Below are positions 26,915 to 37,900 of a DNA stretch of 57,456 nucleotides, one piece after another. Made by a program: the position numbers and the translations under genes. Origin of the DNA: a virus (lineage: Duplodnaviria; Caudoviricetes). The first letter of the stretch is position 1. The number at the start of each line of letters is the position of its first letter. The notes beneath the pieces are model-generated. The model searched no databases, was not told where the DNA came from, and worked only from the letters and a program-made list of their open reading frames with translations. The stretch is from the IMG/VR virus record IMGVR_UViG_3300036823_000129, positions 1-57,456 of that record. One strand, 5' to 3'.

Positions 26915-27112
26915 GTGAAGGTCGAGCTAGTCCGCGTTTCGGTCGACGGTGTCGACTTGACGCCGTACGTCACGAGCCTCGACCTCAGGCCGGCCACGAT
27001 CGATCTTTCCGGGGACCGCTCGTGCGGCTGCTCCAGCTTCGCCGACGATACTGGCGAATGGTGGATCGCGCTCTGCGTCGAGCACGAGACCGATATCGCC
27101 AACGGAGCCTGA
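26915..27112 (+). CDS. Small protein resembling the tail-tube N-terminus
   Basis: VSVDGVDLTPYVTSLDL versus tail tube LEIAGVDLSDHVTSIDI. Confidence 0.5.
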   Translation: MKVELVRVSVDGVDLTPYVTSLDLRPATIDLSGDRSCGCSSFADDTGEWWIALCVEHETDIANGA

Positions 27113-27122
27113 GACCTGGCGG

Positions 27123-27374
27123 CTAGCTCTTCGATCCGAACAGCTTCGCGGCGAGCGCGGCGAGCTGCGGCTTCAGCGCTGCGTAAGCACCCACGAGAGC
27201 CGTCACGATCAACGCGGGCGCTGCCGACTTCACGGCAGACAGGCCGCCCTCGGCGAGGACATGCTCACCGTTGAAATACAGGGTCGTCGCGAACGTTCCG
27301 CCGAACACGACGGCGAGATGCTCACCGACTTTTCCGGCCGGTGTCTTCAGGAACTTCTTCAGCTTGGCGAGCAT
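27123..27374 (-). CDS. Holin-like membrane protein
   Basis: Two hydrophobic segments, GGGAG RBS, at the end of the lysis cassette. Confidence 0.65.
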   Translation of the reverse strand: MLAKLKKFLKTPAGKVGEHLAVVFGGTFATTLYFNGEHVLAEGGLSAVKSAAPALIVTALVGAYAALKPQLAALAAKLFGSKS

Positions 27375-27447
27375 GCGGGTTTCTCCCTTCGAGGGATGGA
27401 TGAGGTGGTGGTAGTGCCTGTGGAACCAGGGGCCGAGGAGCAGCCGG

Positions 27448-27828
27448 TCACGCATCCGGACGCCCGGCGGTGATGTGGAGCTGGAGCTGCTCGAGCGCCA
27501 TCTGGACGGTCTCGAGGGCGGTGCCGATCGCTTCGGCCTGCGCGATCAGTGCGTCACCGTCGGCCTCGTCGTTCCGGGCGAGCTGCAGCAGGGTGCCGAG
27601 GGCCTCGTTCAGCTTCCGGTCCGCCTGCTCGTTTTGGTAGCCGATCGTGAACTGTGTGGCGTAGCTGATGAAGGTGCAGAACGCGAGGTACCAGAAGATC
27701 GCGCTGGTCTCTGACCATCCGAGGAGCCACGGGATGGTTGCCCACGCGAACGTCGTCGAGACGGCTTGCATGATCCCGGTCGGGTGCGCGAGCCATCTCG
27801 CGACGAGCCCGGAGAGCCGGGAGTTCAC
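27448..27828 (-). CDS. Membrane protein (DUF1003-like) in the lysis cassette
   Basis: Two transmembrane segments followed by QNEQAD and a coiled coil. Confidence 0.6.
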   Translation of the reverse strand: MNSRLSGLVARWLAHPTGIMQAVSTTFAWATIPWLLGWSETSAIFWYLAFCTFISYATQFTIGYQNEQADRKLNEALGTLLQLARNDEADGDALIAQAEAIGTALETVQMALEQLQLHITAGRPDA

Positions 27829-28193
27829 GAGACGTGATGCCCTGTCGCTCGCAGGATCAGGTCGACGACAACGGCCGCGATGACTGTCGCTGTGATCGTC
27901 GCGAGGACGATCGCGCCGGCCGGCCATTGCCTTGCGAGCCCGGTGATCCTGTCCGCGTTCCGTGTCTCGGACTGCGCGATCGCGGTCGCGGTCGATTGCT
28001 TCAGGTCGATGGTCTGGTCGTCCATCTGTTTCTTGAGGACGCCGGGGAGGCCTTCGACGATCTCGGCGAGATGGCGGACCTGCTTGCGGGTTTCGCGTTG
28101 GGATCGTTTGATCGTCTCGTTGCTGCTGGCGAGGTTCTTCGTGACGCGCTCGAGCTCCGCGACGCGTTCCTCGATCGACGGGTCGGCGCTCAT
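27825..28193 (-). CDS. Coiled-coil protein with a C-terminal transmembrane helix (lysis-associated)
   Basis: Heptad pattern followed by AGAIVLATITATVIAAVVV. Confidence 0.65.
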   Translation of the reverse strand: MSADPSIEERVAELERVTKNLASSNETIKRSQRETRKQVRHLAEIVEGLPGVLKKQMDDQTIDLKQSTATAIAQSETRNADRITGLARQWPAGAIVLATITATVIAAVVVDLILRATGHHVS

Positions 28194-29005
28194 GCGGGGA
28201 GCCTTATGACGACCTGGGTGGGGGCGCCGTGCGCGGCCTGCCAGGCGTTCTGGGCACTCAGGGTTGAGTAGGAGGGCCCGGCGCCGGTCGGGCCGCCGTT
28301 GTTGATCACGCGCCAGTCGCCGGCGGCGAGTTTCGCGCGGAGGATGGTGATGTGCGCGCCGGCGGGGTACGCGGGCCCGGTGAAGATGACGCCGTCACCT
28401 GGTTGGGCGTCGGTGAGGGTGGTGCGGGTGAGCTCGAGGAGCGCGCCGGTTGCGCCGTCGGGGTTCGGGATCTGGATCCCGGCATGCCACGCGCACCCGT
28501 AGTAATGCCCTGAGCAGTCGGAGGTGAGCTTTCCGTGCTGCGCGACGACGGCGGCCCAGTTCTGCCCTGTGGTGTCGATCGGCGCGACCCGGAACCAGTC
28601 CCGCTCGCCCGGCTGCTCGCCGATCGCCTCGCTGTATCCGAGGAGGTTGGCGTGGACGATGGTGAGGTCGGCGATCTGGAGGAACCGGTTGTGGGGTGCG
28701 GCGGCGATCGCGAGCGCTGCTTGTTCTTTCTTCAGGAGCCGGATCCCGTCGGCGTCGAACAGCTCGAGCGCGGCCATCCGGGCGAATGTGTTGGGCCCGA
28801 TGATCCCGTCGGCGGTGAGGCCTTGGGCGTGCTGGAACTTCTCGACGAGCGCTACGGCCTGGGCGCCCATTGTCGGGGTGATCGTGACGCCGTTTTTCTG
28901 GCCGTGGTTCCATTTGACGAGCGCGCGTTTGTCGGCCTCGACGTCGGGGCCGTGGTCTCCTTGGTGGAGGACGCGCACGAATGGCGCCGTTGCGATGGCG
29001 GTCAT
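28190..29005 (-). CDS. Endolysin: peptidoglycan-binding domain plus NlpC/P60-like peptidase
   Basis: L..GD.GPDV, FQ..QGLTADGIIGPNT; SDCSG, QPGD, HI; AAGGAGG RBS. Confidence 0.85.
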   Translation of the reverse strand: MTAIATAPFVRVLHQGDHGPDVEADKRALVKWNHGQKNGVTITPTMGAQAVALVEKFQHAQGLTADGIIGPNTFARMAALELFDADGIRLLKKEQAALAIAAAPHNRFLQIADLTIVHANLLGYSEAIGEQPGERDWFRVAPIDTTGQNWAAVVAQHGKLTSDCSGHYYGCAWHAGIQIPNPDGATGALLELTRTTLTDAQPGDGVIFTGPAYPAGAHITILRAKLAAGDWRVINNGGPTGAGPSYSTLSAQNAWQAAHGAPTQVVIRLPA

Positions 29006-29072
29006 TTGTGCCTCCTTGAAAGGGATGGTGTTGGGCGGTTCACGGGCCGAGCTCGGGGCTCGGACTAGGGGG

Positions 29073-30134
29073 TTACGTTGTGGCGGCCGTTGGTTCGACG
29101 AGCTGCGGTTCGATGATCCGCGCGGGGCGCCGGCCGCGGCGAAGGAACGGCTGCTCAACGAGGTGATACGAGATCGCGGCGGCAGCGAACGAGATTGCGA
29201 CGATGGCCCACTTCTGCTGCGTCGTTGTTTCGAGTCCGTTGCCCCAGAACCAAATGAGGATCGGCCAGTGCCAGAGGTAGAGCGAATAAGAGATCCGTCC
29301 GACGTAGACGACCGGCGCGAATGACAACGCGGCGGCGAGTCGTGACTCCTCGTCAAGTGCGCCCACGAGGACGATGACGGCGAGCAGCGCGATCAGGGTT
29401 GTGTCGAGGCGGAATGTCCAGTGTCCGGTTGGCGCGAAGATGAGCCCGAGAACCGCGAGCGCGGCAAGCGGAGCGAACGGTCGCGCGCGTCGCGCCCAGA
29501 GCGGCCGACGCTCCGCTGTCAGGAGAACTGCCGCGAGTGATCCTGCGATCAGCCCGACGCACCGAGCATCGGGGCCGTATCCGAGATCGGAAGCGGAAGC
29601 TCCCAGAAGGTCACGGATCGAGACGGCGACGAGGGCGACGCAAAGCACGATTGCAGCGAGGCCCAAGCGGCGCTTCATGACCAGCAGGAGAGCGATCGGC
29701 CAGACGAGATAGAACTGCTCCTCGGTTCCGAGCGACCAGAGATTGCGGAGACCGAACGATAGGTCGACGTGCGTCCAGGCGATCGCCGCGTTGGTCGTGA
29801 AGGTTGCGGCCGCGAGTTCGCTCAGCCCGACTGACAAACGGTGCTCTGCCGCGCCGATGACGCCGTAAACCACGAGGAGGGTGACGAGCGCAGGGAGGAT
29901 CCGACGTGCCCGCGCGACATAGAAGCCCCGCATGTTCGGGTAGTGGCTCTCTAGCAGCAACGTGGTTATGAGGAAGCCACTGAGGACGAAGAACAAATCA
30001 ACGCCGAATTGTCCGTCAGTGGGTTTGTCGAAGACGTGGTAGCCGACGACTGCGACGATCGCGACGGCGCGGATCCCGGCGAGCGGACGGCGGTAGCCAA
30101 GCGATTCCACTGTCACACGATACGACCGTTTCAA
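29073..30134 (-). CDS. Acyltransferase-3 (OafA-like) membrane O-acyltransferase
   Basis: GIRAVAI..V..YH, GVDLFFVLSGFLIT, RARRILP, LWSLG.EEQFYL.WP, GRISYSLYLWHWP, SYHLVEQP. Confidence 0.93.
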   Translation of the reverse strand: MKRSYRVTVESLGYRRPLAGIRAVAIVAVVGYHVFDKPTDGQFGVDLFFVLSGFLITTLLLESHYPNMRGFYVARARRILPALVTLLVVYGVIGAAEHRLSVGLSELAAATFTTNAAIAWTHVDLSFGLRNLWSLGTEEQFYLVWPIALLLVMKRRLGLAAIVLCVALVAVSIRDLLGASASDLGYGPDARCVGLIAGSLAAVLLTAERRPLWARRARPFAPLAALAVLGLIFAPTGHWTFRLDTTLIALLAVIVLVGALDEESRLAAALSFAPVVYVGRISYSLYLWHWPILIWFWGNGLETTTQQKWAIVAISFAAAAISYHLVEQPFLRRGRRPARIIEPQLVEPTAATT

Positions 30135-30817
30135 GCTCTTTGTGACATGGGCGCCGTGCGCGGAAGGATCCAGACTCCTGTGCGGTCACCAGGGCACGGC
30201 GCGTCGCGCGGGATTGTTCCGGCGTAGATATCGTCGATGACTGTGCTGGATTGGCTGCATCCGAAGCCGACGAGGCCTGAGCCGATGTATGTGGCGTCCG
30301 TGTCGGTGTAGCTGAGGACTTCGTTCCATCCGCTGCCCTGGTTGATCCAGAGGTCGATGGTGAAGCATCGGATCCGCATCCCGATCTTGTCGCCGCTATT
30401 CACCGTTTGTGTCGCTGACGCGATCACGACTGCGGTACCGCCGACGGACTTTTGAATCTGCCACGCTGATGCGCTGCCCGAGGTGAATCCTCCGACCGTG
30501 AGACGGTAGAGCTGGTCGTGATCTGATTGCACCCGCACGCAGAGGTCAGCCTGGTTGTCGTTGCCGCCGCTGATCGAGCCGCTCGTCGTTTTGACTGTGA
30601 CGTAGACCTCGCAGTCGGGCCCGAACTTCTGTGGTGTCCAAAACGTCTCTTCCTCGTTGATGTGGGGGTTGACGAGCGTGTTCGTTACGGCGTCGCCGAC
30701 TCTCTCGAGGACGCCGGCGAGGCCGCCGACAGGCGACCAGTTACCGCCCTCAGAGAGGGGGTTCTCGTCGGGACCGGTGAAGCTAGATAGAAGGGCTGCG
30801 TAGTCGCCGAAAGCCAT
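30131..30817 (-). CDS. Beta-sandwich (lectin-like) minor tail protein
   Basis: Beta-rich, S/T/G-rich, G.VG......DD ending; lies in the tail module. Confidence 0.6.
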   Translation of the reverse strand: MAFGDYAALLSSFTGPDENPLSEGGNWSPVGGLAGVLERVGDAVTNTLVNPHINEEETFWTPQKFGPDCEVYVTVKTTSGSISGGNDNQADLCVRVQSDHDQLYRLTVGGFTSGSASAWQIQKSVGGTAVVIASATQTVNSGDKIGMRIRCFTIDLWINQGSGWNEVLSYTDTDATYIGSGLVGFGCSQSSTVIDDIYAGTIPRDAPCPGDRTGVWILPRTAPMSQRA

Positions 30818-31683
30818 CAGGTTCCGAGGTAGTGGCCGAGCTCCACGAAGAGCGCGTCTGGCGGCATGGGTTTCTTGTCGCTAAGGCTGTTTGCGGCGTT
30901 GGAGAGGGCGCGGAGCGGTTCGACTCGGCTCGGGCGCTCCCTCCAGGCGCGTAGGAGCTCGTCGGCGCCCTCATCGAAGCTCACGTAGGTCGATAGCAGG
31001 CAGCCGAGCTGGTAGCGGCTGTAGAAGAGCTCCTCGTCCCAGCCGCCCATCCTGAGCCGGCGCCGGTACATCTCGATCGCCCGTTCCCACTGACCTGTCT
31101 CGCGAAGGGTCTGTGCGAGATAGAAGACCGAGCGGCTATCGGTCGGGTCACGTTCGACGGCCTGGTCGAGGAGCTGTAGGTAGGTGTCGGAGCGGCCTTC
31201 GCGTGTGCCTCCGTCGGCGCGGTGGGTGATCTTGAGGCTGGCGGTCGCTTCTTGGCGGAAGGGGCCGTCATGCTCGAGGTATTCGTGAACGGGCCCGATG
31301 TAGCGCCACCGGCCGTCATTTCGGATCAGCCGCGGCAGTTGGTGAATGGTTTCGCCGGTCCGGATGGTGACCATGTAGGCGTCGACGTCACCGGCGAGGT
31401 CTGGGATGTCCCCTTCGACCGTGTCGTCGGCGTCGATGATCAGCAGCCAGTCTCCACGCGAGGCGTTGAGCGCGCGGTTGCGGTTCGTGGCGAAGTCTGC
31501 CCAGTCGTGACGCTCGATCCGGCCGGGTAGATCGCCGAGCACGTACTTGGCGATCTTGCGCGTTCGGTCGGTCGAGCCGGTATCGCAGATCGTCCAGGAG
31601 TCGATAAGTGGCTTTGCCGACTGTAGGCAGCGCTCGATCACGTCGGCCTCGTTCTTGACGATCATGCAGAGTCCGACCGTCAC
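30817..31683 (-). CDS. GT2 glycosyltransferase with TPR-like repeats
   Basis: LCMIVKNE, DTGSTD, DFA.NRN.AL, IDADD, VHE; R..FYLAQT. Confidence 0.92.
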   Translation of the reverse strand: MTVGLCMIVKNEADVIERCLQSAKPLIDSWTICDTGSTDRTRKIAKYVLGDLPGRIERHDWADFATNRNRALNASRGDWLLIIDADDTVEGDIPDLAGDVDAYMVTIRTGETIHQLPRLIRNDGRWRYIGPVHEYLEHDGPFRQEATASLKITHRADGGTREGRSDTYLQLLDQAVERDPTDSRSVFYLAQTLRETGQWERAIEMYRRRLRMGGWDEELFYSRYQLGCLLSTYVSFDEGADELLRAWRERPSRVEPLRALSNAANSLSDKKPMPPDALFVELGHYLGT

Positions 31684-32465
31684 AGGCCAGCCTGGTAATG
31701 GGCAAGCACCCGAGTCGCTGAGAGAGCGTTGCCGTTGTAAATGGCGACCTCGTCGATCGCGCCACTGAACCAGGTGTTGTCGGTTCGGTTTCGCGCGATA
31801 TACGTCCAGTCGAAGCTGGTGAAGCCACTGTTTGCGGTGTCGGTGGCGGTCGCAACTGAGACGCCGTCAACGTAGATCGTCCAGACCTTGCCGGTCGTCC
31901 TCGTAACGGCGATGTGATGTCGTTTGAGGTCGTTGTATTTCGGGGTGCTGGCGGGAGCGACGAGCCCGACGTTGCCGTTGCAGCGCATTACGATCTGCGC
32001 CGTCCCTGTTGCGCTTATCAGGATGTGGAGGATCTGGGGTGAGCCGCCTGTGCTGTTCCGAGCACACCAAAGGGATTGGCCGCCCGAGGCTGTCAGGCCG
32101 GGCCCGAGCATGAACCAGGCGTCGAACGACCACGCGGTTGTTGCTGTCGCGATCGAGGGAACGCTCGCGGTAAGGACGTCCTGCGTGCTCCCGTTGAAGA
32201 CAACAGCTGTGTTCGGATCGTTACCGAGCAACGAGGGGTAGCCGAGCGCCGGTGTGCCCTCATACGTGCCGGTGTTGCTGTTGCCTGAAGCATCGGCAGC
32301 GGAAGTACCGGTCAACTCCCCGAGCCTGTAGTAGGCGGTGGGGCTATCGGCGAGAACAGCGGCTTTGTAGGCCTCGATCGGGACGGAAGGCACCTGTGCT
32401 CGTGATGGCCGGAAGATCGAGGAGACCTGTCCGCTGACCCACATCTTTTTCTGGCTTGCGAGCAT
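31680..32465 (-). CDS. LamG/concanavalin-like tail protein
   Basis: AVLADSP.AYYRLGE, HHIAVT, IYVDG, F.GAIDEVAIY..ALS...V.AHY. Confidence 0.88.
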   Translation of the reverse strand: MLASQKKMWVSGQVSSIFRPSRAQVPSVPIEAYKAAVLADSPTAYYRLGELTGTSAADASGNSNTGTYEGTPALGYPSLLGNDPNTAVVFNGSTQDVLTASVPSIATATTAWSFDAWFMLGPGLTASGGQSLWCARNSTGGSPQILHILISATGTAQIVMRCNGNVGLVAPASTPKYNDLKRHHIAVTRTTGKVWTIYVDGVSVATATDTANSGFTSFDWTYIARNRTDNTWFSGAIDEVAIYNGNALSATRVLAHYQAGL

Positions 32466-32818
32466 CAGCTGATCCGGTTTGCGTAGCCCCAGATCACGAC
32501 GACGTTCGCGGCGTCGGCCGCGGCCTTTACGACCAGCGAGTTGCGAAGGATGAGGTCAGCGACAACGAGAGTGAGCCCAGCCTGGACGGGGATGGTCTGG
32601 ACGATCAAGTCGTCCGGGCTTGTCGATCCTCCCCAGCCGAGCGTGAGAATTCTGACCGCCGTGTCGCTGTTGTATGCGAACAGCGTGATGTTGTCGGGAA
32701 GGGTTGCGTCGCTTGTCGCGGCGTGGATCGTGGTTCCTGATCCAATGCTGGTCGCCGCGACCTTGATCCCGCGGCCATCGGTCGAGCCGCTCAGGACGAT
32801 CTTGCTGTACGCGCTCAT
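32465..32818 (-). CDS. Small virion structural protein
   Basis: Beta-rich, coupled within the tail module. Confidence 0.65.
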   Translation of the reverse strand: MSAYSKIVLSGSTDGRGIKVAATSIGSGTTIHAATSDATLPDNITLFAYNSDTAVRILTLGWGGSTSPDDLIVQTIPVQAGLTLVVADLILRNSLVVKAAADAANVVVIWGYANRIS

Positions 32819-33582
32819 GCGTAGACCTCCACGCTGTTGATTAGGCTGGAGTCGTCGGGGTTGGCGACACCACTTCCGCCTGCCGCGCCGGTCGCGCCCG
32901 TGGCGCCTGTCGCACCTGAACCTGTGGCGCCTGTCGCTCCCGTAGCGCCCGTCGGACCGGTGCCTCCGGTTCCACCAGTCGCACCCGTAGCACCGGTCGC
33001 GCCTGCTCCGGTGCCTCCCGTAGCGCCCGTCGCGCCCGTGGCTCCGGTTCCACCAGTCCCTCCTGTGGCTCCGGTGTGCCCAGTGGCCCCAGTGCCGCCG
33101 GTCCCTCCGGTGCCGCCGGTCGCTCCGGTGATGCCAACCACCTCCGCCTTGAACGTCACGATTCCTGTCCCGGGGTCAAAGACGAGCGTTCCGATCCCGT
33201 CCCCGTCGCTCCCATTCGATGTGGGGAGGCGACTTGTCCCTGTCGCCGCGACAGTGCAAAGAGCGGCCGGAACTACCGTTACCTCCGACCCAGGCCCTGG
33301 GCTTGTCTCGCCGCCGGTCACCCCGCCGCGGAACTCCGTCAATCCATCGCCGCGAAGACGCACCGCGAACGGCTCCGCGCCGCTCCCGATGTTCGTCCAC
33401 GGCGACGTGAAGGGAGGCGGCCCGGGCGTCTGCCCGGTCGCGTAAGGCGAAGGGTTCGCCGCAAGGAGATCATCGACATCATCCACGCCCTCCGTTCCGA
33501 ACGTCACCCAGGGGCCGTCGATCGGGTCCGAACTCCCCGCCTGGTGGGTGTCGTTGTGTCTGCTTGGGAACCAGCGCGGCAT
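32815..33582 (-). CDS. Collagen-like minor tail/fibre protein
   Basis: Long G-x-T run (GAT/GGT) at about 32880-33130. Confidence 0.85.
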   Translation of the reverse strand: MPRWFPSRHNDTHQAGSSDPIDGPWVTFGTEGVDDVDDLLAANPSPYATGQTPGPPPFTSPWTNIGSGAEPFAVRLRGDGLTEFRGGVTGGETSPGPGSEVTVVPAALCTVAATGTSRLPTSNGSDGDGIGTLVFDPGTGIVTFKAEVVGITGATGGTGGTGGTGATGHTGATGGTGGTGATGATGATGGTGAGATGATGATGGTGGTGPTGATGATGATGSGATGATGATGAAGGSGVANPDDSSLINSVEVYA

Positions 33583-34982
33583 CAGTCACCGCTCCAAGGG
33601 CCCGTCGCGAACAACGCCGCCGGCGACAGATCCAACGTCAACGTCAAATCAGGTAGCAGCCCCGCCGCATTGAACGAATACGAGATCCCCTCCACGAAAA
33701 ACGACACCGCATCGAAGCCGCCACCACCGATATGCGTCGTGTTCACGATCACCACGTCCCCGAGCTCGACGTTGCAGAGGAAGTTCCAGTGCGCCTCCCC
33801 ATTCGGCTTTGACGGGTCGATCTGCTTGAAGGTCGCCTGCTGGATCGCTGTCAAAGGAGCCGACGCGCACGTCACAAGCCACTGCCCGTAGGCAGCGCAC
33901 TCGTCGTTCGCGTTGTTCCCGGTCAGGATCCCGTCGGCGACATACAGGCCGGTCGCGCTCGCCGCGCTCGACGACTGGGGCCCGTACTTCCCGATCGACG
34001 TCGGGTTGTAGATCAGCTGCCCCTGCCGGAAGATCCCGCCGCCCAGGTCAACCGGTGCCCCGGAGCCCGCGATCTCGGAGTTCAGGATCCCCTGCGGCGT
34101 GAAGAGCGCACTGTTGACGACCTTCGAGATCGGCCGGCCAACCGTGAACGGGTCGCGGTAGAGCAGCGCGAACCCGCTGTTCCCGGCCACCGCCGGGCCG
34201 TCGCCGACATGCCACACGTTGACGAAGTCACCGTAATCGGACGGGTGGAACCGTGAGAGCCGCCCCAGGAACCGATAGATCCCCTCTTTCGTTATGAAGT
34301 GGTTCGCGACGTTCGGGAACTCCGCGTTCGCGGCGTCCTGCAACGCGCCCAGGAACGTGTAGCCGGGTGAATAAACACTCGGCTGCATGTGCACGTTGCC
34401 GCTGAACACCGCGGCGAGATCCGCCGGGAACGAGCTGAGGCCGGCGGTGATCGCGTAGTCGTTCAGGAGCGCGTTGATGCGGTCGTTGACGGCCTGGTAG
34501 GCGTAGGTGGTGTTGCCGCTCGAGTTCTGGGTGCTGGCGCCGCTGTCGGTGTCGTCGAAGTCGAGTCCCGGCGGGATCTCCGCGTTCGCGAACAGCGAGA
34601 ACAGGTCGAGCGCGGGGATCTGGACGCGGTTGGTGCGGGTGCCCTGGTCGTAGATGTTCGGCTGAACATCCTGGGTGAGGCCGCGGTAGATCGTCACCGG
34701 GTTGCCGGTGAACTGGTTCACGAGCCTGACCCGCAGCGGGGCGTTCGGGTCGAGGATCCCGAAAGGCCCGTCGACGCTCGTGGGGTCGAGCGCACCGACC
34801 TTGTCGACCGCCGTGACGGTCGCCTGCCCGGCCTGCGTCTGATCGGTGAAGTAGTTCCGTCCCCGCTGGGTCGTCACCGCTGGGATCGCGACCCCGTCGA
34901 CGGAGTCGAGAGCAACCCAGTCCGGGGACGCGTCAAGAGCGGCCGCGCCGTACGCAGCCTCGACAGTCACGACGTCCGTCAA
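33582..34982 (-). CDS. Minor tail (baseplate hub-like) protein
   Basis: Directly follows the tape measure gene; TQRGR......AG.AT, VEGI.... Confidence 0.75.
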   Translation of the reverse strand: MTDVVTVEAAYGAAALDASPDWVALDSVDGVAIPAVTTQRGRNYFTDQTQAGQATVTAVDKVGALDPTSVDGPFGILDPNAPLRVRLVNQFTGNPVTIYRGLTQDVQPNIYDQGTRTNRVQIPALDLFSLFANAEIPPGLDFDDTDSGASTQNSSGNTTYAYQAVNDRINALLNDYAITAGLSSFPADLAAVFSGNVHMQPSVYSPGYTFLGALQDAANAEFPNVANHFITKEGIYRFLGRLSRFHPSDYGDFVNVWHVGDGPAVAGNSGFALLYRDPFTVGRPISKVVNSALFTPQGILNSEIAGSGAPVDLGGGIFRQGQLIYNPTSIGKYGPQSSSAASATGLYVADGILTGNNANDECAAYGQWLVTCASAPLTAIQQATFKQIDPSKPNGEAHWNFLCNVELGDVVIVNTTHIGGGGFDAVSFFVEGISYSFNAAGLLPDLTLTLDLSPAALFATGPWSGD

Positions 34983-34983
34983 C

Positions 34984-37900
34984 TCAGGGCGCCATCAGAG
35001 CGCGCCCACCGAACGGGCCGCTCGAGCTAGCCGCCATCGCATGCGAGGTGTGCTGGATCTTCTGGATCACCTTCGTCACGATCTCGTCGGCGTTCGAGCC
35101 GGTGACGTGGAAGACGTACTGCGATGTGCCTGGCACCGAGAGCCCCTGCACGCCCATTCCGGTGGGGAGACGGCCGCCGTGCGCCATCAGCTGCGCGATC
35201 CGCATCTCGTCGGCCTTCTTCGCGCCGGCCGGGACGTGGAGCATCGCGGCGATCTTCGATGCGCTCAACGTCTTCGCATATCCCCGCGTGACGCCCTGCC
35301 CCAGAACCTGGTTCTGCTGCGCGATGTCGTCGTAGATCGCGATCTGCCCCTGCAGGCTCAGCGTGTGCGCCTTCAGGAGCTTCTCATCCCATTTCTTGAT
35401 CGCGAGAGCGGCCTGGACGTCCTGTTCGCTCGTGGCGCCCTGATCACTCGACGAGGCCTGCGCGGCGGCGAGCTGCAGAGGCAGCGGAACCTGCGGGTTG
35501 TTGCGGAGGTTGTTGAGCTGTCCGCGCGCGGTCGCGGCGTGTTGCCGCGCGTCGTTCCTCTGGGTCGGCGTGAGCTCCTTGTTCGCGGCTTCGCTCTCGT
35601 AGCCGGCGATCAGGTTCCTGAGTGCGGCCTCCTGCCCGGCGACGTTCCCCTTCGACGCTTTCGCCTGCGCGACCCGTGCTTTGAGGCCGGAGATGATCGT
35701 GGATTCGTAGGTGAGGGCGTCCTTCAGTGCGGCGGCGTTCTCGCCCTTCTTCGCCGCGACCGCCTCGGCGGCGTACCGGGCACGCTCGGCCGCCGTCAGC
35801 TTCGAGTCCTTCGCCTCGTCCTTGAAGAACGTGATCTCGGCGTCCCTGGCTTTCGAGTCGGCCGTGGAGGGCTTCCCGTCATGGCCGGTGCCGCCGGCAG
35901 CGGAGACGGCGGTGATCAGCGACTCCGCATGAGTTGAGACACCGGACGCGTACTCCCGTTGGGCCTTCGCCGCGGCCGCCTTCTTCTTGTTGCTCGCCGA
36001 CGTGGTTTTGGTCGTCGCGGACTTGATCGAGGCCTCGGTCGCCGAGCGGTCTGTCCCGTATTGCTGCAGCAGCGAGAGGTACTTCGTCTTCGTGATCTTC
36101 CCGTCCGCGAACGCTTTCTGGGCGTCGGCGAGCTGCTTGTCATCCATCGCGAGCTTCTCCTTGAGCAGCGCGACGTTGTTCGGGTCGAGATACAGCCCGG
36201 CCTGGATCTGCTCCGCCTTCGTGAGCTTCGGCGCGGCCGCCGTCGTGGCCGTCGGCGACGTTTTCCCGCCATAGCCCTTCATCTTCTCGAGCTGGCCGTT
36301 CAGCTCGTTGATCTGCTTCGGCGTCCAGCCGGCCGAGAACGCCTGCAGGTCTTCGGCCGTCACGTTCGGGTTCAGGTTCAGCGACGAGATCTTCTGGTCG
36401 GCGACCTGGAGGTAGTCGGCGTTGCTCGCGAAGTACGGCTTCAGCTTCACGATCTGCGCGAGCGTGATCCCCGAGATGACGTCGACGTCGTCCGAGGTCA
36501 GGTTGTGCCGGTTCATTCCGCCCGCGGTCGCTTTCTTCCTGAGCGCGTTGTATTCGGTGGTGCTGGTCGGGCCGGTCGGGATGATGCTGTCGCCGGTGAT
36601 CGCCGCGCCGAGCTTCGCGGCGCCGAGCGCCGCCTGCGTGTCGACTCCGCCGAGGCCGGGGATCCCCGCGAGCGCGTTACCGACGGTGTTCCCGAACACC
36701 TTGTCGAGGACGCCCTTGCCGGCGCTGCTCTTCGGGACGATGTCGAGGATCAGCGTCGCGACGAACGCCTTCGCGGCCAGGCCCAGCAACCCCGCCCTCA
36801 GCCCCGCGACCTTCCCCTCAGCCGTGACCGCGCTCGCTCCGAGCCCCGCGACCTCAGCGTCGGTCTTGGCGAGCGCCGGACCGGCTCTCACGGGGATCGT
36901 CGTGAACGCTGTCCCGATGCTCTTCACCGCCCGGGTGGCCGCGGCGGCGCCGAGGATCACGGGGCCACCGACGGCGAGCAGCCCGACGACGATCCCGATG
37001 TCCTGCTTCACCGGGCCGGGAAGACCGGAGAACGCGCCGGCGATCTCGGTGACGCCGTTCGCGACCTTCGTGACCGTCGGAAGGATCGCGTTGCCCAGCC
37101 CGATGAGGATCGCCTCCATCTCCGCGATGTCACGGTGGAACGACGCCGCGGCGGTGTGCTGCTGCTCAGCCTCGCTCGACGTCAGTTTCCCGGTGCTCGC
37201 GATCACCTGGTTGACCTTCTGCGCGTACCCCGAGACGGGCGCGTCAAGTGACTGGACGAGCGTGATGATCGCCGAGCTCTGCCGTGACCGCCCGAACGCA
37301 GACGCCAAGTCCTGCTCGCCCTGCACCTTCCCGACGCTGTCGACGCCCTCCTTCAGCCGTTGAAGCGCGAGGAGCAGCCCATTCGGTTTCTGCAGATCGA
37401 TCGCGAGCTCGTTCGCGCCGATCCCCATCGCCGCCAACGCCTTCTGAGCGACAGGGGCGGGATCTGACATCAGCTTCAGCGTCGCGCCGAGCCTCGTGGC
37501 TGCCTGCTGCGCCGGCACGCCGCGGTCGACGAGCACATCGAGGGCGGCGCCGACCTCGGTCAGGCTCACACCGACGAGCTTCGCGTTACTCAGGAGCCCG
37601 GTGCCGAGCGCGTCGGTCAGGTCTTGCATCGTCATCGCGCCGCCGCCGACGATCGCGTTCAGGGTGCCCATCGCCTGCTGGTAATCCTGGGCGCCCTTGA
37701 CGTTCGACACGATCGCGCCACCGAGTGCGTTCGCGGTGTCGGTCAGGTTCGCCTGCCCGAGCGCCGCCGCGTTCGACGCGACCTTCAACGCGTTGATCGC
37801 CGCGGTACCGCGCAGCCCGCGGGACTCGAGGTAGTAGAGCGCGTTCGCGAGCTCAAGCGGGCCCTGCTGCGCCCCGCCCTTCGCGAGCGCGAGGACAGCG

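Noticed and set aside
32837-33445. + strand PVA/PVP repeat protein
   Set aside because: Reverse complement of the collagen-like G-x-T repeat.
30131-33582. Diversity-generating retroelement or shufflon acting on tail genes
   Set aside because: No reverse transcriptase, no template/variable repeat pair and no inverted alternative C-termini were seen.
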